From the NCBI GenBank assembly GCA_964252075.1, contig CAXULY010000050.1, positions 1 to 33,413 on the forward strand: a stretch of 33,413 bases of DNA, in the 5' to 3' direction. Position numbers and translations under genes: made by a program. Shown piece after piece: positions 29,448 to 33,413 of this stretch. Each line of letters starts with the position of its first letter. The first letter of the stretch is position 1. The DNA is from an uncultured Deinococcaceae bacterium (lineage in GTDB: Bacteria; Deinococcota; Deinococci; Deinococcales; Deinococcaceae). Below the pieces are notes generated by a model. The model did no database searches, had not been told where the DNA came from, and saw only the letters and a list, made by a program, of their open reading frames with translations.

Positions 29448-31172
29448 TCAGGACGTGACGTGGGCGCCGCGTTCGGTTCCGTCCTCGGCGGCGTTCAGGT
29501 CGAGGGTGTCGGCGTCGCCGCGGCCCGCCTCGCGGGCGAGGGCCTTCAGGCGGTGCATGACCTCGTTCGCGCCGCGCCCGAAGTGGTCGTGCAGGGTGCG
29601 GTACTCGGCGTACAGGCGGTCGTACACGCGCTGCGCCTCGGGATCCGGGGTGTACGCCGCCTCGCGCACCTGCCCCATGTGGCGCGCCGCCTCCAGGATG
29701 TCCGGGTACGCGCCCGCCGCGACTGCGCCGTGCATGGCGCTGCCCAGCGCGGGGCCCTGCTCGACGTCCTGCACGCTCAGGGGGCGGCCCGTGACGTCCG
29801 CGTAGATCTGCATGAGCATGCGGTTCTTCTTCAGGCCGCCCGCCACCACGATTTCGTTCACGGGCACGCCGTTCGCCTCGAAGGTCTCCACGATCAGGCG
29901 CGTGCCGTACGCGGTCGCCTCGATGAGCGCGCGGTAGATGTCCGGCGCGCGCGTGCCGATGGTGAGGCCCAGGATCAGGCCGCTGAGGTGCGCGTCCACC
30001 AGCACGCTGCGGTTGCCGTTCAGCCAGTCCAGCGCGACCAGGCCGTGCTCGCCGGGCCGCTGCTTCGCGGCCTCGCGCTCCAGCAGGGCGTGCAGGCTGA
30101 GGCCCTCGCGCGCCGCCTGCTCGTGGTACTCGGGCGGCACGCCGTGCTTCACGAACCACGCGAAGATGTCCCCGACGCCGCTCTGCCCGGCTTCGTAGCC
30201 GTACAGGCCGGGGATGATGCCGCCGTCCACCACGCCGCACATGCCGGGCACCTCGCGCAGTTGCTCGCCGTTCATGATGTGGCAGGTGCTGGTGCCCATG
30301 ATGGCGACCAGTCGGCCCGGCCCGGTGACGCCCGCGGCGGGCGCCGTGACGTGCGCGTCCACGTTCGCGCTCGCGACGGGCGTCCCGGCCTTCAGGCCCG
30401 TCCAGGCGGCGGCCTGCGCGGTGAGCTCGCCGGCCTTCGCGCCGAGCGGCAGTTGCTTGTCCGGGCTGAGGCGCGTCTGCACCACGTCCGCGAAGGCGGG
30501 GTTGAGTGCGGCGAAGTAGCTGGGGTCGGGGAACTTCCCGTCCTGCACCATGGCCTTGTACCCGGCGGTGCAGGCGTTGCGGCTCTCCACGCCCGTGAGC
30601 TGCCACACCACCCAGTCGGCCGCCTCGATGAGGCGCGCGGCGCGGGCGTAGGTGTCGGGGTCCTCCTCCAGGACCTGCAGGGCCTTCGCGAACACCCACT
30701 CGCTGCTGATCCGGCCGCCGTAGCGGGGGAGCCACGCCTCGCCGCGCGCCTCCGCGACGGCGTTGATGCGGTCCGCCTGGGGTTGCGCGGCGTGGTGCTT
30801 CCAGAGCTTCACCCAGGCGTGCGGGCGGCGCGCGAGGTCCGGCAGGAAGCACAGGGGCGTGCCGTCCTCGGTGGTGGGGAGCAGCGTGCAGGCGGTGAAG
30901 TCGATGCCGACGCCCACCACGTCCTCGGGGTTCACGCCGGAGTTCTTCAGCGCCTCGGGCACCGCCTGCTGGAACACGTCCAGGTAATCCTGCGGGTGCT
31001 GCAGCGCCCACTCGCGGCCGAGCGGCTCGCCGGTGGGAAGCGCGCGGTCCATGACGCTGTGCTGGTAGGGCGTGACGGCCTCGCCGAGGATGGCGCCGTC
31101 CGAGAGGCGCGCCACGACGGCGCGGCCGGATTCGCTGCCGAAATCCACGCCGACGGCGTAACGGTCAGGCAT
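29448..31172 (-). CDS. araB: Ribulokinase
   Basis: GVDFGSESGR, GIDFTACT, KLWKHHAA, YGG.ISSEW, MGTSTC, EAGQS.VGD, DWLNGNRS. Confidence 0.95.
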   Translation of the reverse strand: MPDRYAVGVDFGSESGRAVVARLSDGAILGEAVTPYQHSVMDRALPTGEPLGREWALQHPQDYLDVFQQAVPEALKNSGVNPEDVVGVGIDFTACTLLPTTEDGTPLCFLPDLARRPHAWVKLWKHHAAQPQADRINAVAEARGEAWLPRYGGRISSEWVFAKALQVLEEDPDTYARAARLIEAADWVVWQLTGVESRNACTAGYKAMVQDGKFPDPSYFAALNPAFADVVQTRLSPDKQLPLGAKAGELTAQAAAWTGLKAGTPVASANVDAHVTAPAAGVTGPGRLVAIMGTSTCHIMNGEQLREVPGMCGVVDGGIIPGLYGYEAGQSGVGDIFAWFVKHGVPPEYHEQAAREGLSLHALLEREAAKQRPGEHGLVALDWLNGNRSVLVDAHLSGLILGLTIGTRAPDIYRALIEATAYGTRLIVETFEANGVPVNEIVVAGGLKKNRMLMQIYADVTGRPLSVQDVEQGPALGSAMHGAVAAGAYPDILEAARHMGQVREAAYTPDPEAQRVYDRLYAEYRTLHDHFGRGANEVMHRLKALAREAGRGDADTLDLNAAEDGTERGAHVTS

Positions 31173-31274
31173 GGCGGTGGGCTCGCGGGGCAGGGGGGTG
31201 CGTCATGGGTCTCTCCGTGGGGCATGCAGGAGTGGGGCCGCAGGCGGCGGGGCCTGAACGAAGCGGGGGAGGGC

Positions 31275-31321
31275 TTGACTGTGAACGATCACATCGTATG
31301 CTGGGGTGGTCAGGCTGTCAA
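31275..31321. promoter_or_regulatory. Overlapping divergent promoters (araBA and GH51 gene) with a LacI-type operator
   Basis: Plus strand TTGACT(31275-80)-N16-TATGCT(31297-302); minus strand TTGACA(31321-16)-N17-TACGAT(31298-93); operator TGTGAACGATCACA at 31280-31293. Confidence 0.78.
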
Positions 31322-31409
31322 CGATTCCCGCCGCTGAAGAGGCGCCGCCCCCCGAGCGGCGTGACGCTTCGTCGGCTGCCCTCGGCGCACAGCCGGAAAG
31401 GACCACCTC

Positions 31410-32939
31410 GTGACACAGAAGCAAGCGACGGTCTCGCTCAACACCCAGCGCCGCATCGGCGACATCTCCCCGCTGATCTTCGGCGGCTTCGCCGAGCACA
31501 TGGGCCGCTGCATCTACGAGGGCATCTACGACCCCGCCTCCCCGCTCGCCGACGCGCGCGGCTTCCGCCCGGACGTCATGAGCGCCCTCAAGGAAATCAA
31601 CTACCGCATCATGCGTTACCCCGGCGGGAACTTCGTGTCCGGCTACAAGTGGACGGACGGCATCGGACCCAAGGAGAGCCGCCCCCGGCGCCGCGCCCTC
31701 GCGTGGCGCAGCACCGAGACGAACCAGTTCGGGCCGCACGAGTTCATGGACTTCGCGCGTGAGATCGGCACGGAACCCATGTGGGCCGTGAACCTCGGCA
31801 CGGGCGGCATTCAGGACGCCGCCGACCTCGTGGAGTACATGAACCTCCCGACCGGCACGTACTGGAGTGACCAGCGCGCCAAGAACGGCCAGACCGAGCC
31901 GTGGGGCGTGAAGTACTGGTGCCTGGGCAACGAGATGGACGGCCCCTGGCAGATCGGGCACATGGACGCCGAGGCCTACGCCGACAAGGCCGTGGAAGCC
32001 GCGAAGCTCATGCGCTGGACGGACCCCAGCATCAAGACCATCGCGTGCGGGTCCAGCAACACCGGCATGCCCACCTACCCCGAGTGGGACCGCACGGTGC
32101 TGGAGCGCACCTGGGACCACATCGATTACCTCGCGATGCACTACTACGCGGGCAACCCCGCGCACGGGCAGAGCACGTACACCGAGCGCGACACCCCCAG
32201 CTTCCTGGCGAGCAGCGTGCAGTTCGAGTCGCACATCGACACGCTCGCGGCGGCCATCCGCTTCACGGGCGCCAAGCGCCGCTCGAAGAAGCAGATCAAG
32301 CTCAGCTGGGACGAGTGGAACGTCTGGTACCGCGAGATGGGCGGCGACGGCGGCTGGTCGGAAGCGCCGCACATCCTGGAGGAGGTCTACAACCTGGAGG
32401 ACGCGCTGGTGGTCGCGCAGTGGCTCTCGACCTTCCTGCGCCGCGCGGACGTGGTGGAAATCGCGTGCATCGCGCAGATCGTGAACGTGATCGCGCCCCT
32501 CATGACGCGCGCGGACGCGATGTTCAAGCAGACCATCTTCTACCCGCTGGTGCTGTTCTCCAAGTACGCGAGCGGCGTGTCGCTGGACGCGCTGGTGCAG
32601 GCGCCGGGCATCGCGACGAAGCAGTACGGCGAGGTGCCCAGCGTGGACGTGTCCGCGAGTTACGACGAGGCGAGTGGTGAGGGCGCGGTGTTCCTCGTGA
32701 ACCGCTCGCAGACCGAGCCGCTGGACCTCACGGTGCGCTGGGAGGACCTCGCGCCCGGCGAGGTGACGGGCGCGTGGCAGATGAGCGGCACGGACCCGCA
32801 GGCCGCGAACAGCTTCGAGCAGCCGGACAACGTGACGGTGCAGGCGGTGGAGGTGCCGCGCGTGGAGGGCGGAAACGTCACGCTGACCCTGCCGCCGCTG
32901 TCGTTCACGACCCTGACCACGCGACACGCCGCGCGCTGA
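31410..32939 (+). CDS. abfA: GH51 alpha-L-arabinofuranosidase
   Basis: [54 protein letters not shown]. Confidence 0.95.
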   Translation: MTQKQATVSLNTQRRIGDISPLIFGGFAEHMGRCIYEGIYDPASPLADARGFRPDVMSALKEINYRIMRYPGGNFVSGYKWTDGIGPKESRPRRRALAWRSTETNQFGPHEFMDFAREIGTEPMWAVNLGTGGIQDAADLVEYMNLPTGTYWSDQRAKNGQTEPWGVKYWCLGNEMDGPWQIGHMDAEAYADKAVEAAKLMRWTDPSIKTIACGSSNTGMPTYPEWDRTVLERTWDHIDYLAMHYYAGNPAHGQSTYTERDTPSFLASSVQFESHIDTLAAAIRFTGAKRRSKKQIKLSWDEWNVWYREMGGDGGWSEAPHILEEVYNLEDALVVAQWLSTFLRRADVVEIACIAQIVNVIAPLMTRADAMFKQTIFYPLVLFSKYASGVSLDALVQAPGIATKQYGEVPSVDVSASYDEASGEGAVFLVNRSQTEPLDLTVRWEDLAPGEVTGAWQMSGTDPQAANSFEQPDNVTVQAVEVPRVEGGNVTLTLPPLSFTTLTTRHAAR

Positions 32940-32947
32940 CCTGAAGG

Positions 32948-32974
32948 GTGGGCCGGGATTGAAATCCGGCCCAC
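32948..32974 (+). terminator. Hairpin after abfA
   Basis: GTGGGCCGG ... CCGGCCCAC stem. Confidence 0.55.
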
Positions 32975-32980
32975 AACAAC

Positions 32981-32994
32981 TGTGAACGCTCACA
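32981..32994. promoter_or_regulatory. Second LacI-type operator
   Basis: TGTGAACGCTCACA, 13/14 identical to 31280-31293. Confidence 0.72.
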
Positions 32995-33191
32995 TCTACA
33001 GTGGGCCTTACCTCACTCTACTTCTTTGCAAGGGCAGTTCGCTGTGCGGCCACACCAACGCGTGTGCGCCAACCGCACTTCATCTTTCACGAACCCAGTG
33101 CATTAATCTCAACTCATTTCCTTCCTTTCCGGCCGCCCCAATCGCTCCGGAACCGCCGTTTTTTCTGCTCCAGCTGCGTTTCCAGCGACTC

Positions 33192-33221
33192 TTGACAAGT
33201 CTTTAGACACACTCATAGAAT
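33192..33221 (+). promoter_or_regulatory. Promoter of the sugar ABC transporter operon
   Basis: TTGACA-N18-TAGAAT, with a GTGAACG half-site just downstream. Confidence 0.7.
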
Positions 33222-33318
33222 CCTGGTGAACGCAAGTCAAATTGACTCTAATGCAGGGCCCGACGCCACCAGCACGGCCTGCACCCTGAGCCCCTTTCGT
33301 TCCTTTTAAGGAGGACGT

Positions 33319-33413
33319 ATGCGCTTGACCCGGATGTTCGCACTTGGTATGGCATTGGCCACCGGCGCCTCGGCCCAGACGACGATCACCTTCTGGGACT
33401 TCTTCGGCGGCGG
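33319..33413 (+). CDS. Sugar ABC transporter substrate-binding protein (5' partial)
   Basis: AAGGAGG RBS; MRLTRMFALGMALATGASAQTTITFWDFFGG is a signal peptide plus the ITFW start typical of solute-binding proteins. Confidence 0.75.
   Translation, partial: MRLTRMFALGMALATGASAQTTITFWDFFGG

Noticed and set aside
27372..31337. 1321-aa plus-strand ORF and other long overlapping ORFs (e.g. 24756-27188, 28711-31011, 31203-32993, upstream part of 7866-9941)
   Set aside because: Antisense or alternate-frame shadows of well-supported genes in high-GC DNA, with no recognisable motifs.

Overview
High-GC bacterial chromosome window, most consistent with Deinococcus (DdrA-like gene, many leaderless -10 TANNNT-N5-8-ATG starts). 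The left 6.85 kb (11-6860) is a lower-GC integrative element bounded by a perfect 51-bp direct repeat, inserted in a tRNA-Phe(GAA) gene downstream of tRNA-Asp(GTC). Unusually, the duplicated segment is the 5' part of the tRNA. The element supplies a replacement sigma70-like promoter for the displaced tRNA and a terminator behind the truncated copy. It encodes a tyrosine integrase, an excisionase-like HTH protein, a 446-aa protein with divergent family A (T7/PolA-like, TV-Pol-like) polymerase motifs, and a single-polypeptide N6-adenine restriction-modification enzyme. The rest is core or semi-core genome: metallophosphoesterase, DdrA-like paralog, ABC exporter with DesK/DesR-like two-component system, ubiX-ispD-ispE, a doubly frameshifted APH-like kinase, truA, MOSC, CoxG, a LinB/Lnu-like nucleotidyltransferase, secreted proteins, an atypical Nudix protein, 2H phosphoesterase, GNAT, malic enzyme, thioesterase, and an L-arabinose/arabinan cluster (GH43, araA, araB, GH51, sugar-binding protein) with LacI-type operators. 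All calls come from reading motifs by eye; no database search was run.
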